NCBI RefSeq assembly: GCF_006345805.1
Contig: NC_043017.1
Span: forward strand, 19,902,001-19,966,000
Direction: 5' to 3'
DNA length: 64,000 nucleotides
Source of the DNA: Octopus sinensis
Taxonomy: Eukaryota
In this document: positions 1-12,619 of the stretch, piece after piece
How the letters are laid out: each line of letters starts with the position of its first letter
How positions within the stretch are numbered: the stretch's first letter is position 1
Notes under the pieces: model-generated
What the model was told of the DNA's origin: nothing
The model's database searches: none
Seen by the model: the letters and a program-made list of their open reading frames with translations, nothing else
Made by a program: the position numbers and the translations under genes

Positions 1-99
1 AATGGATGTCACAACAAAATTCAGTCTTGAAAGATTCAACTACCATCTTAATTTCTACTCGCAGCGTTTATTTTTACTGTTATTTGAGCAGGTAGAATT

Positions 100-468
100 G
101 TTTTTAGCAGGTTGGACAAAATGCTCAACTTTCATCTGTCTCTATGTTCTAAGTTCAAATTCTGCTGTGGTCGAATTTGCCTTTCATCCTTTTGAGAAAC
201 AAATACCAGTCAAATATGGGGGTTCAAGTAATTGACTAGCCCCTCCCTCCTTTAAAGTTTCAGACCTTGTGCCTGTAGTAGAAAGGATTATTATTAATAT
301 ACTGAAAAACAAAGTTGACCTTCAAACTCCATCGAGGGTCAACTTCGCATTTCATCCTTTCAGGGTCGATAAATTACATACCATTTAAGTTCTGGGGTTG
401 AGGTAATCGATTATCCTCTTCCCCGAATTTCAGGCCTTGTGCCTATAGTAGAAAGGATTATTATTATT
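100..468 (+). mobile_element. Two degenerate copies of tRNA-derived SINE family A
   Basis: B-box-like gttcaaatt, central gtcga.tttgcctttcatcc, tail caggccttgtgcctatagtagaaaggattattatt; matches many other copies in the window. Confidence 0.8.
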
Positions 469-870
469 AAGGAAGATGAGAGTAGAAAGGGAAGTGATGT
501 CTGGTAGCAAGTTTATTGAAAGGTGGGTGAATGTCGCAAGAATGGCCAGTATGAACAGACCAATTCTGAGGATACACCTGTGAGAATTAAAAGGAAATCT
601 AAAAGGAGAAAGGGGCTCTCTACCCCACTTTTGACCAGGCTCCCATGGTTTTTATGGGTTTTTCTACGAGTAACCTTTCGAAGTGCCTCCCCCTATTGGG
701 AGTTTTAATTGTTACTTGTATTTCGTTGTCATCCTGCTTTTGTACATGGACATTTTTCAAACGGACAAAACCCTTTGTAACTTTCGTCCTGTGTTTTGTC
801 CCTTTATGTTTTAAATGATTTTTGTTAGCCCTTGTGGCCAATAAACGAACGAATTATTATTATTATTATT
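467..870 (+). mobile_element. 3' end of an L1/Tx1-like LINE (ORF2 C-terminus, 3' UTR, (ATT)n tail)
   Basis: 470-583 translates RKMRVEREVMSGSKFIERWVNVARMASMNRPILRIHL*, resembling Tx1/L1 ORF2 ends. The UTR ends gcccttgtggccaataaa followed by (ATT)n. Confidence 0.5.
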
Positions 871-1281
871 ATTTCTATCACTACTCTTACTATTATTATT
901 ACTGTCTTAAATCCAGTTGAGCTGAGGTTATTGCAACTGACTTTCCTCCTCCCCCAAAATTGCAGGCCTTGTGTCAAAACTTGTAACTGCTATTACTATC
1001 ATAAATATTATTGTTGGTGTTATTTTTATTGCACCATTATTTAACTCCAGGCTATTTTTACAGTTTCAAATATCAATGTCATCATCATCATCATTATTAT
1101 CATTCTTCTTCTTATCGTTATTATTATTATTATTATTACATTATTAAAGACTGTTTGTTTAGAACATGCTAATAAAATTTCAAGTGATGTCACCAAATCT
1201 TGCAGAAAACAATTTTTATTCTACTTATTTTTAATTCTTCGTTTTCTTCTCTGTTCCTGCGCCTGTACCCCAACCCACAGC

Positions 1282-1358
1282 CTACATTATCCCAATCAGC
1301 CAACTGTGAACCTGATACTCAACAAATTCTTCTTTTCTCCAAATGTTTGTTTCCCTGG
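1282..1358 (-). CDS. Candidate terminal coding exon ((A)RETNIWRKEEFVEYQVHSWLIGIM*)
   Basis: Long pyrimidine tract ending ccctatgcAG at 1360-1359. Phase matches the 6777 donor. TAG at 1284-1282 and minus-strand AATAAA at 1220-1215. A plus-strand acceptor-like site (cacag, 1280) makes this ambiguous. Confidence 0.3.
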
Positions 1359-1944
1359 CTGCATAGGGAAGGAGAGAAAGAGAGAAACAAAGAAAGAAAG
1401 AGAGCAAGGCTTTATTTTTTACGGTCTGTTGCAATTCATGGTTTAAACTGTTTGTTCCGGCAATATCAGTTTAAGATGGATAGCTTGCTTCTTTGTATTT
1501 GTTGATGTTGTTGTTGCTGTTGTTGTCATCGTCATCATTATTGTATTATTAAAAGTCTCTTTGTTATTTTACCGAAGTATTTGTCGCAGATCTGTTAAAT
1601 ATCTTGTGTAATCGCTAACGAGATAATTATATTTCAAGATAACTTGGAAAATTAGAACTAAAGCAAATAAAAAAAAATTGAGGGGGATTTTAAAAATTAA
1701 AAAAAAAATGTCTTTAATTTGATGAGAGATGGTGGTGGTGGTGGGGAAGTTAGGAAGAAACATAAGGAGGTGGCTTGTATCGAAGTACGTATTGTATGTG
1801 AGCATGTGCATGTGTGTGTGTGTCTGAGAGAGAGAGAGTATGTGTATGCATGCATTATGGCGTCTATGTTTGCCTGCAAGGGTAGTATAATTTGATAAAA
1901 AAACAGTGGATTCAAATTTTGGTATAAAGCCAACAATTACAGTT

Positions 1945-2385
1945 GAAAGGTGGGTAAATCTATTACATCAACCCCAGTCCAAAACTGGTACTTATTTTAT
2001 CGACCCTGAAAGGATGAAAGGCAAAATCGACGTCGGCAGAATTTGAACTCAGAGTGTAAAGACAGACGAAATGCTGCTAAACGTTTTGCCTGACGCCCTA
2101 GGTGTTGGTTTGTTTGTTGCCATAACTTTGTGGTTTGGCAAAAGAGACAATGACTCTAGAATATAAGATTGGCATCTTATTTTGGCACAAGGCCAACAAT
2201 TTTGGGGGAGGAGTTAAGTCGATTACAACAACCCCAGTATGCAACTGGTACTTGTTTTACTGACTCGGAAAGGATAAAATGCAAAACTGACCCAGGCAGA
2301 ATTTGAACTCAGAACGTAAAGATGGATGAAATGCAGTTAAGTGTTTTGCCCAGCATGCTAATGGTTCTGCCAGCTTGCCATCTTA
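1945..2385 (-). mobile_element. Two SINE family A copies
   Basis: Reverse-complement motif aaaggatgaaaggcaaaatcgac...gaatttgaactcag occurs twice. Confidence 0.85.
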
Positions 2386-2739
2386 CTCTAGAATGTAAGA
2401 TTATTAAACATTTTACTTAGGAAGAAATTAATTACTGAATACTCGTTTATTTACTATAATAACTTTCAGGCTGAATTGAATAAGAAAGATAATCTTCTGT
2501 AATCTCTGCAATTAAGGAAATTTCTATCTGCCCTGACAATTGTCTTAATTAGCTATCTTAAGACAAGGGATTTACACGACAAAATGAACAATAATAATAA
2601 CAAATTTCTTTTAATTTAATTAAAAATGCCTAATTTCATTTCATATCATTTTATTCCTGTTGGAAGACATTAATAATTAATTTCATACTGATTTGTTGAA
2701 AAGCCTGTTAATTTGTTACCAGGAACTCAGGTAACAACA

Positions 2740-2789
<50 letters not shown>

Positions 2790-3196
2790 TAATAATAGGA
2801 ATATTTCAAGAACAGATAACTAAAACAAAAAAAAGACATTAGTAATATTTAACTATAAATGTATTTATCATTTTAAATGTGATAATAATGCATGTTGCTT
2901 TATTATTTATTTAGCTAAATAATAATCGTAGATTTTAAAACGTAATATATTTCGTAAACAAATTAATGTGAACCTTTTAATTTCTGACGTGTATTTAATA
3001 TTTATTTGCCAATATGGCATCAGTAGAATGTGTTCTAGCAAAATAGCTTTTATAGATTTCGGAAACCATTTCAGCAAATTCTGAATAACTTTCTCTCTTT
3101 TTCTGTGCTTGTGTATGTACGTATGCATATATGTATGTATGTATGTATGTATACATACATGCACACACACATATACACAATCACAAATATATGTCT

Positions 3197-3564
3197 TCAT
3201 AGTTAAGTAATTTGCTGCTCAACCAAGTATCAGGTTCAGTCCCACTGCATGACACCTTGGGTGAGTGCCTTCTACTGCAGCACTGAGTCAACCAAAATCT
3301 TGAGTGGATTTGGCTGGCGGAAGCTGAGAGAAGCCTATTGTGTGTGTGTGTGTATGTAATTTTTTTTGTTTCAGTCAATTGGCTGCGGTCATGCTGGAAC
3401 ACTGCCTTTTTAGTCAAACAAATCAACCCCAGGACTTATTCTTTGTAAGCCTAGTACTTATTTTATCAGTCTCTTTTCCCGAACTGCAAAGTTGCAGGAA
3501 TGTAAACACACCAGCTTTGGTTGTCAAGCGATGTTGGGAGGACAAAGACAGATACACAAACACA

Positions 3565-3596
<32 letters not shown>

Positions 3597-3750
3597 GTTT
3601 ACTTCACCATAACTTAGTAGTTTGGCAAAAAAGACTGATAGAATAAGTACAAGGCTTACAAAGAATAAGTCCTGGGGTTGATCTGTTATAAAGGTGGTGC
3701 TCCAGCATGGCCACAGTCAAATGACTGGAACAAGTAAAAGAATAAAAGTA
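3197..3750. mobile_element. SINE family B pieces in both orientations
   Basis: Head with ggttcagtcccactgc..gacaccttggg (+), an inverted tail block, then a + tail ending caaatgactggaacaagtaaaag. Confidence 0.8.
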
Positions 3751-4229
3751 TATATATATATACATATATATACATATATATATTAATATTATATTCTTTA
3801 TTTATATTTTAGCATGGTTTATATATACATACAAATATATATATACATATATATATATACATTCTTTTATTCATTTTAGTATAGAGTATATGTATATATA
3901 TATATATATGTATTTATATGTATGTATTTATATGTAGGTGTGTGGGACTGAAGAAGAAGAGATGTAAAAATATGAAATGAAATGTGCATAAGTGCATTTA
4001 TATACGAGCAAGCATTCATGCATGTCTGTGCCAACATTAATTTTACTTTTTGAGTGGTTCCAACTAGACATGAGGCCAATTTCTGTCATGGAAGCACCAA
4101 AGTTAATTGAATCAACATCAGTACATCACTAGTAGAGTGGTTTTTTTTCAAAAATATTTTTCTTTATTTTTCTCCTTCCCTCCTCAGAACAGTGAACTTA
4201 GAAACCAAACCAGATGCAATAAAGCATTT

Positions 4230-4306
4230 ACTACTACTACTACTACTACAACCACCACCACCACCACCACTATAACCACCATCACTACTACTACTACTAC
4301 TACTAC

Positions 4307-4337
<31 letters not shown>

Positions 4338-4344
4338 AATAATG

Positions 4345-4375
<31 letters not shown>

Positions 4376-4500
4376 TAATAGTAATAATAATAAAACTAAT
4401 AATGATGATGGTAATAATAATAATAATAATGATAATAATAATAAGACTAAGAAGAATAATAATGAGGGTAGTTGTAGTAATAATAATAGCAATAACAACA
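4230..4500. repeat. Compound (CTA)n(CCA)n(AAT)n microsatellite
   Basis: Directly visible; source of the poly-T/N/I/L ORFs. Confidence 0.95.
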
Positions 4501-4519
4501 ATCATAGTATTGATCTCAA

Positions 4520-4863
4520 ATTTTGGCATACGGTCAACAATTTTGAGGGGAGGGGTTAAGTCGGTTATATCGACTCCCCAATATTTTATCGATCCCCAAA
4601 AGGATGAGAGGCAAAGTTGACCCTGCTTTAATAACAGTATTAATAATCCTTTCTACGAAAGGCACAAGACCTGAAACTTTTGGGGGGAGGAGACTAGCTG
4701 ATTACATTGACCCCAGTGTTTTACTGATCCTTAATTTATTGACCTGGAAAAAATGAAGGACCAAAAAAAATGTCACTAAGCATTTTGTTTGGTGTATTAA
4801 GGATTCTGCAAGCTGGCTATAATAATAATAATAATGATAATAATAATAATAATAATAATAATG

Positions 4864-4897
<34 letters not shown>

Positions 4898-5265
4898 TAA
4901 TAATAATAATAATAATAATCCTTTCTACTCTAGGTACAAGGCCTGAAATGTGCAAGGAGTGGGTAAGTTGATCACATCGACCCCAGTACCTGACTGGTAC
5001 TTAATTTATCAACACCGAAAGGATGGAAGGTAAAGTCCATCTCAGCGGAATTTGAACTCAGAACAGCTTGCCACCTTAATAATAATAATAATAATAATAA
5101 TGATAATCGACCCCAGTGTGTAATTGGTACTCACTTAATTGAAACCCGAAAGGATGAAAGGCAAAGTCAACCTTGGTGGAATTTGAACTGAGAACGTAGT
5201 GGCAGACAAAATACCGCTAAGCATTTCGCCCATTGTGCCAACAATTCTACCAGCTCACCACCTAC
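4520..5265 (-). mobile_element. Cluster of four SINE family A copies separated by (AAT)n
   Basis: Repeated atcgaccccagt...gaaaggatgaaaggcaaagtc motifs. Confidence 0.85.
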
Positions 5266-5301
5266 ATAAAGATGATAATAATAATAATAATAATAATAAT
5301 A

Positions 5302-5650
5302 ATAGAAAGTGCCAGATAATTAACTTCACAGTGCCAAATGATGAAAAAATTAATATGAGAAGTATAGGAAAAATAGCAAAGTAGCAGGACCTGGCTATTG
5401 AATTACAGAAACTATGGAAAGTGTGGGCAAAATGTATCCCAGTAGTTATAGGTGCATATAACTAAAGGTCTGAACAGATGGATAGAGGAAATAGGCATAA
5501 AACCCAGGTTAGTACAGCTCCAGAAAACAGTGTTATTCGGATACTTAGGAGGGTCCTTGGCATCTAAGGTTACTTGTTGTAACCCGATGTTAGGATTCTT
5601 TTATTTTCCAAAAGCCTAATCTGTTGACTGCATATGAATATGATCATCAT
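5302..5650 (+). mobile_element. 5'-truncated R4/Dong-like non-LTR retrotransposon (restriction-like endonuclease C-terminus plus 3' UTR) in (TAA)n
   Basis: Translates RKCQIINFTVPNDEKINMRSIGKIAK*QDLAIELQKLWKVWAKCIPVVIGA...LQKTVL...ILRRVLGI*, matching the KxxKYxDL..E...W.....IPVVIGA RLE motif. (TAA)n lies on both sides. Confidence 0.8.
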
Positions 5651-6776
5651 AATAATAATAATAATAGTAGTAGTAGTAGTAGTAGTGATTTCTTTTATTG
5701 GCAACAAGGGCCCATGATGCTGAGTAGTACATCAAAAGACGATCTTAATAACAATGATAACATTAATAAAAGTAATATAATAAATCTAATATTTTGACTG
5801 TATCTACTACATGATATATATATATATTCCATTACTGAAATGCAGATGCACACACAAAGTCATACATAATTGTGCATACTGATGCACCAATAACACCAGA
5901 TGAAAGAATTAGTAGAGCGTTGGACAAATTAATTTTTGTATATTTTATTAGTGTTTGTTGTTATTACTGTCATTGCTGTTGTTATGGCCTAGCTTTAGGT
6001 CAGCTCTCTATAAGATCAGACCTAGGATCAAAGGCACTCTAGGCATGACCATCCAATCATATTTCAAAGCATAATACATCAAAGGTCTACAATATATACC
6101 TAGTATGTCCTGCTTTTCTAGAGAAAAGGAAGAGTGATTTTGTCAGAGATTAGACTGCTATTTCTGGTGTGTTCACTCTCATTCTGTTCTGATTTCAAAC
6201 CTTGTCCAGATTGATAAAATAAGTATCAGTGAAATACTGGGGTTGACATAAAGGGCTGCGCTCTAGAAAGCTGTACTCCAACATAGACGAGACAGCACAA
6301 GGACTTAAACCTTTTGTCACTACATACTTGTTGACATAAAATGTATATGCACACACAAATGCATGCATGCCTGTGTCTGTGTATCTAAAGATGTGTATGT
6401 ATAAATATATACATGTGTGTATATCTGTCAGTATGTATGTATGTATGTTATGTATATATATATATACACATACATATATGTATATGTATATATAAATCTA
6501 TATATATATTATATATATGATATATTATACACATATACAATATATACATATATGTGTATATATAGTATACATATATATACACACACACACATGTATATGT
6601 GTTTATATGTGTGGATGTGTATGTGTGTGTGCGTGCAATATACAATGTAGGGTTCTTTCATTACTTCACAGTTAAGTGGTTCATGAATTCAAAGCCTCAC
6701 AGAATTGTAAAAGCAAATTCTCCAATAAAGTAGGATGTCGAAAAGACATCATAAAACTGTACTCAAAAACCCGCAC

Positions 6777-6858
6777 CTCCCTGCCACCCGGTACCCATAA
6801 AAAAATATTGAGGAAAAATCTTCCTAACAGACATCTCACAAATTTCCCAAAATTCTAC
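6777..6858 (-). CDS. Next exon after a 79-nt intron; reads GRILGNL* or (V)EFWEICEMSVRKIFPQYFFMGTGWQG depending on splice sites
   Basis: Intron 6937-6859 is gt...cttaat...long T/C tract...ttacattccAG. Possible downstream donor GAG/gtgcgg at 6777. Confidence 0.5.
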
Positions 6859-6937
6859 CTGGAATGTAAAAGAAAGGAAAGGAAAACAACAAAAAAGAAT
6901 AAAAAAAAAAGATTAAGGGTAAACAAAGCTGTATTAC

Positions 6938-7155
6938 CTGTATTGCAGGAGAGCTGGTTGTTGTTCTGTTGGTTTAGATGAGAGCGTACCTTTTCATTGG
7001 TACCACAAGCTGCTGTGCTGCTACCCTGAGACTTATTTCTGGAATTATTGAGATTAGTTGTTGTGTTGGCATTGCCATTGAAATGACTTGTGTCTTTAGT
7101 GGTGGGGTTGCTGATTGTTGGACATTTGTTGCCTTGTTTGAATGTGGCAGGAAGC
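6938..7155 (-). CDS. Internal coding exon of an unidentified minus-strand gene (Asn/Ser/Thr-rich: LPATFKQGNKCPTISNPTTKDTSHFNGNANTTTNLNNSRNKSQGSSTAACGTNEKVRSHLNQQNNNQLSCNT)
   Basis: Non-repeat sequence inside ORF 6855..7280(-). The acceptor has a branch-like CTCAC, a pyrimidine tract and cctacAG (7157-7156). Donor CAG/gtaata at 6938, alternative AAG/gtacgc at 6990. No recognisable domain. Confidence 0.6.
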
Positions 7156-7384
7156 CTGTAGGGAGGATAATAAGAAAGGGAAACACATGGTGAGTTGAAA
7201 TTGTGAACCACTGGGTTTCCAAATAGAATAAAAATACATAAAAAATGCATAAAACAAAAGCAAACAATATCAATCTTCATAATACAATATAATGATAGGG
7301 ACTAAATCAAATCATCCCCAGAGATCAACTGGTACTTATTTCATCAACTCCAAAAGGATGAAAGACGAAGTTGATCTTGGAGGC

Positions 7385-7637
7385 GCGTTCCGTGCCAGTG
7401 GCACGTAAAAAGCACCATCCGATCATGGCCGTTTGCCAGCCTCGTCTGGCACCTGTGCCGGTGGCACATAAAAAGCACCCACTACACTCAGGGAGTGGTT
7501 GGCGTTAGGAAGGGCATCCAGCCGTAGAAACATTGCCAGATCAGACTGGGCCTGGTGCAGCCTTCTGGCTTCCCAGACCCCAGTTGCACCGTCCAACCCA
7601 TGCCAGCATGGAAAGCCGGCGCTAAACGATGATGATG
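7385..7637 (+). mobile_element. SINE family C ((GAT)n tail)
   Basis: gtgccagtggcacgtaaaaagcacc...ggcgttaggaagggcatccagccgtagaaac...ccatgccagcatggaaa...gatgatgat; many copies in the window. Confidence 0.85.
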
Positions 7638-8854
7638 AATGGTTTGTTTGCTGGGTTCATCATCATCATTTTTAACATTCATTTTCCCATGCTTGCATGG
7701 GTTCGATGGAATTTGCAGACCTGGTGGGGTGAGAGGGGAGGTCGCTAGGTCATTGCAAACAGTGGCAAAAAGAACTCTGACTGATTGATTGTTTTACCAG
7801 CACATTAAACAAATGATTAGTTAGCTTGTTGGCTAGATATTTAACCAACTGACCAATAACAAAGAAGTGGAACTGAACCTGTTCGTGTGTGTGTGTGTGT
7901 TATCATTATCATTATTGGTGTAATGACCCTCCCGAGACACAACAAAATTTGTTTCAACACACAGATTCAAATAAAGAAACTTAAAAATGAAATAAAAAAA
8001 AATAACAACGATGATGATGATGATGATGATGAAACATATGCCAAACCAAATCAAACCAAGCAATGCATACATATATCGTAGGCACACAAAGCTATGCTCA
8101 GTTGCATAGCAAGAAGTACCCAATAAAAATAAGAACCATCATAATAACAATTCTAGTAATGATGATAATAATAATAATAATAATAGTAATAATAATAATA
8201 ATAATAACAATAATAATAATAATAATAATAATAATGATGATAATAATAATAATAATAATATTAATAATAATAATAATAATAATAACAACAACAGTAATAA
8301 TAATAATAATGGCTGTGCAACAGGTCCATGCATTATTCTGGCGAATTAAACTAGTTTGTTTTGGAGAAAATCAATTGTAAGTACGGCAGTTAATGCTAAA
8401 AGAATCCATCTACTGTATGGAAGTTAGAGAGGATGACTAATACAGATGCCAAACAATGGAAGATTTCAGTTTTTGCCAAACGCCATTTACAGTAATGGTT
8501 ATTTGAATGTCTCAGGGATAGCAGGAATTACGAGTTTATTGATAGTTAAAAAGCTTTAAATTTTATCAACATTTAAATATACGTACATGTGTGTATACCG
8601 AGTGTGTGCGTATTGTGTGTATGTGTTTGTGTGTATATATGTGTGTGATGTGTTTGTGTGTATATATATATGTGTGAGTGCATGTGTGTGAGTATATATA
8701 TATATGTAATGTGTCTGTGTGTGTGTGTGTATTTTTGATGGAGTTTTTGCTTTGATATCTCAATTCCCAGATATAAATATTTTATATTAATTACTTCTAT
8801 TGCTATATATTACACACACACACCACACACACATATAAGTGTATGCATATATCC

Positions 8855-8932
8855 ATCTATTTATATATATATATAATATATATATATATATATTAGAAAT
8901 AATATATATATATATATATATAATATAATATA

Positions 8933-8978
<46 letters not shown>

Positions 8979-8997
8979 ATATTTGTAGATATATGCA

Positions 8998-9028
<31 letters not shown>

Positions 9029-9187
9029 GTATGTATGTATGCATATATATGAATTATATATACATCATTATATCTTTGTAAATAGCTTTCTTTCCTCTCT
9101 CTGTAAACAAATGCACACAGATATATGCACGCACATATCCATCTATCTATCTATCTATCTATCTATCTATATATCAATCATTATATA

Positions 9188-9228
<41 letters not shown>

Positions 9229-9787
9229 TATATATATATCAGTCAATCATTCTATCTATATATCAGTCAATCTATCAACTCAATCTATCTATCTATCAGT
9301 TAATCTATCTATCCCTCTATCTATCTATCAATCAATCTATCTTTATATCAATATATCAATCAATCTATCTATATAACAATCAATCAATCAATCTATCTAT
9401 CGATCCATCTATATATCAGTCAATCTATCAATCTATGTATAAGGGGTGGGGACCAATATAATATTTTGAAAAATTCTTTAAGGCCCATGGTGTGAATATT
9501 TCCCCACTAAAATTCATTTAATGGGTTCTGTGATTTTATTTAATTATGCAATCCTATTTAACGCAGTCATTGTGCACCAAGTAATGGTGCAATTTAAATG
9601 CAAAGATTGATGCAAATGCAAGGTGAACAACCCACATATACATCTGTGTGTGTGTTAACATACGTACATATATACAAGATGTATACATCAATGTTAATAA
9701 AATTATTTACATATGACAGAGAGTGGGAGGTATAGAGAGATAGATATATAGATAGAAAGCTAGATAGACAGAGAGGACGTTAGACAG

Positions 9788-9834
<47 letters not shown>

Positions 9835-9948
9835 AATAGAGCAAGATAGGTTGATATGTAGAGTGAAAGACAGATGGGCAGATAACTAGATGGACAGATA
9901 TAAATATATATATACATACATATATATATATATATCTATATATATATA

Positions 9949-9995
<47 letters not shown>

Positions 9996-10292
9996 AGAGA
10001 GAGAGGAGAGAGAGAGAGAGAAGCAGATGGATAGATAGATAAACAGAGAGTGATAGACAGAAATATAAGCATATAGATAAATGGAGAGAGAGAGAGAGAG
10101 AATCAGATATATGAATAAATAGATAGATAGGAAGGTAGATAGATTGATAGATAGAGAGATAGATAGATAGATATGCAGATAAACAGACAGATAGTGAATG
10201 AAAGAGAGAGAGAGAGAGAGATAAAGAAATGGTGAGAAAGAAGTAAGAAATTATGGAAGATGGCAAACAAAGTAAAGTTTGTAACTGTGAAT

Positions 10293-10368
<76 letters not shown>

Positions 10369-10500
10369 AAACTGGCAAAAAAAGTGACACAAAAGAAGTG
10401 AGAAAGTGATAGACTAAGAAAGAGAGAGAGAGACAGAAAGAGTGAGAGAATCAGAAATAAGAGAGAAATAGAAGAACGGAGAGAAAGAAAGAGATTAAGA
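8855..10500. repeat. Long compound (TA)n, (TCTA)n, (GATA)n and (GA)n tract
   Basis: Directly visible, interrupted by a unique island at about 9440-9640. Confidence 0.9.
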
Positions 10501-10764
10501 AATTAAGTGAAGCATGAATGAAAATATAATCATATTAAATAAATTGAAAACCTAATAAAAAGACACCAAAGGTGATATTCAATAGAGTGATGTCACATAT
10601 ATATATATATATGTATGCATGTATCTATTTATGTATGTATGTGTGTATGTGTGAATGTGCATGTATGTATGTGCATGTGTGTTTAGTGTGGCGATGAAGA
10701 GGAGTGATATGATGAAAGAAAGCGATAAAAGTAAGAATTAGAATGAAATGAAAGAGGGATTAAG

Positions 10765-10882
10765 GCAGGGGTGGGGTCGGGTGGGTGTGTGGGGGTGAGA
10801 AAAAAATGGGGAGGCGGAGTTGGGGTGGGGCGTGGGGGTGAGAAAAAAATGGGGAGGCGGTGTTGGGGTGGGGCGTGGGGGG
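10765..10882 (+). repeat. G-rich 43-bp tandem repeat with G-quadruplex potential
   Basis: Unit gtgggggtgagaaaaaaatggggaggcggagttggggtggggc starts at 10789 and 10832, with a partial third at 10875. Confidence 0.8.
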
Positions 10883-11371
10883 AAATGCAGCTGCGCTCCC
10901 ACAGGGATGTCACAGTACACAAACTGACATATACCTACATGTGCATATGTATATACACACACACACATATATATATAAATGTGTACATAAATACATGCAT
11001 ACATATACATAAATATGCATATACACTTACACGTATAGGTATGTGTGTGTATATACATTTTTACACATGTGGCAACACATGCATATATGCATGCATGTGT
11101 GTGTATATATTATGTATATATAGTTGTAGTTGAATAAGATTCAGGTCAAAAGCTTGTAGAATGCTATGCAAAGCTTATCCACAGTTATTGGCCACCTGGT
11201 GTCATCATACAGTGGAAATGTTCTTGCTACTGGAAATATGAGTGTATGTATATATATATATATATATATGTGCGTGACTGTTATGTGTGTATGTCTATAT
11301 ATCTACACACAAGCACAAACCCACATGTATAAGTACACACACTGGATATACAAGTGTATATATATATATAT

Positions 11372-11575
11372 AGTTAATCCAAACAAGAAAGCACAAAAAA
11401 ACACAACAACGCGAGGACGTGGAACAAATATAGTATTATTGGACGCTCAGGAAAGAAGGGAATAAGGAGGGTTTAACGTTTCGAGCGGAGCTCTTCGTCG
11501 GAAACATAGGAGAAGGAAAGATCCAGAGAAGGGAAGACAGAGGAAAAAAAATCGCCAACGGTACACACGAGGTCA
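11372..11575 (-). mobile_element. About 200-bp hammerhead-bearing element (family H1, Penelope-like or retrozyme-like)
   Basis: Homologous to 30930-31139, 32023-32230 and 46457-46580. Minus-strand motif GUUU-CCGACGA-A-GAGC-UCC-GCUC-GAAACGUU-AAAC at 11505-11471. Confidence 0.75.
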
Positions 11576-12209
11576 CACACACACACACATACATACAGAC
11601 TCGTGTATATATGACTGCATATGTGTGTGTGTCTATATATCTCCACACAAACACAAAGCTACATGAATACATGAACACACACACCCCTATGCCACATGTC
11701 TATAATCTTCGACCTACAAAAATCAACAGGATTTTGACATGCTTCAAGACATACAGGTGGCTTGTGTTTTGTTTTTGTTTTTTATAATTCTACCGTTCCA
11801 GCATTCAAAAAGACTTCTCCAACACCTGCTTAATTCCAGTGCATGCCTCCAGGGAGCTGTTTTACAGCGAAATGCATTGCAACTTGTCACAGCCAAATTC
11901 CCAATAAATTTAATGCAAATGTTATATAGATTACATTTTTATTTCCTCACGCATTCTACTTTCTCTTACATTTTGGCAAGGTTACAAGAAAAAAAATAAT
12001 AATAAATTAATAAATAAAACAATGGAATAAATGAATAAATAAAAAGACAAATGCAACAAAACAACACAAAAAAAAATAGGGAATTTTTAAAGAATGTTTT
12101 ATATTTTTGTGTATTGGTTTGTCTATTAGAGTTTTTTGTTCTCCTTTCAAGAAGGCAAAAAGAAAAGAAATAAAGGTACTTCTGATTTGTATGTAATTTG
12201 TCTCTCTCT

Positions 12210-12242
<33 letters not shown>

Positions 12243-12314
12243 GTGTGTGTGAAAGAGACAGAAAGAGACAAATTACATACAAATCAGAATACCTTTATTT
12301 CTTTTCTTTTTGCA

Positions 12315-12354
<40 letters not shown>

Positions 12355-12359
12355 TTATC

Positions 12360-12587
12360 ATCAATTATCATTAGCGCCCGCTTCCATGCTGGCTTGGTTG
12401 CGGTTCAACTGGGGCTGGGAAGCCAGAAGGTACCAGGCTCTAGTCTGATCTGGCAATGTTTACGGATATGCCCTTCTAACGCCAACACTCCGTGATATGG
12501 GTGCTTTTAGGTACGGCACATGCCGCATGCAAATATGGTGTATCCGATGTGGCCATATATATACTGTGACATGAATATGTATGTACG

Positions 12588-12619
<32 letters not shown>

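Noticed and set aside
6860-6878. tggaatgtaaaagaa resembling miR-1
   Set aside because: No precursor hairpin; it is the reverse complement of a polypyrimidine tract and acceptor.
6978-7193. Plus-strand ORF ending at a gtgagt donor
   Set aside because: Better explained as the antisense of the minus-strand exon; the gtgag is the complement of its branch site.
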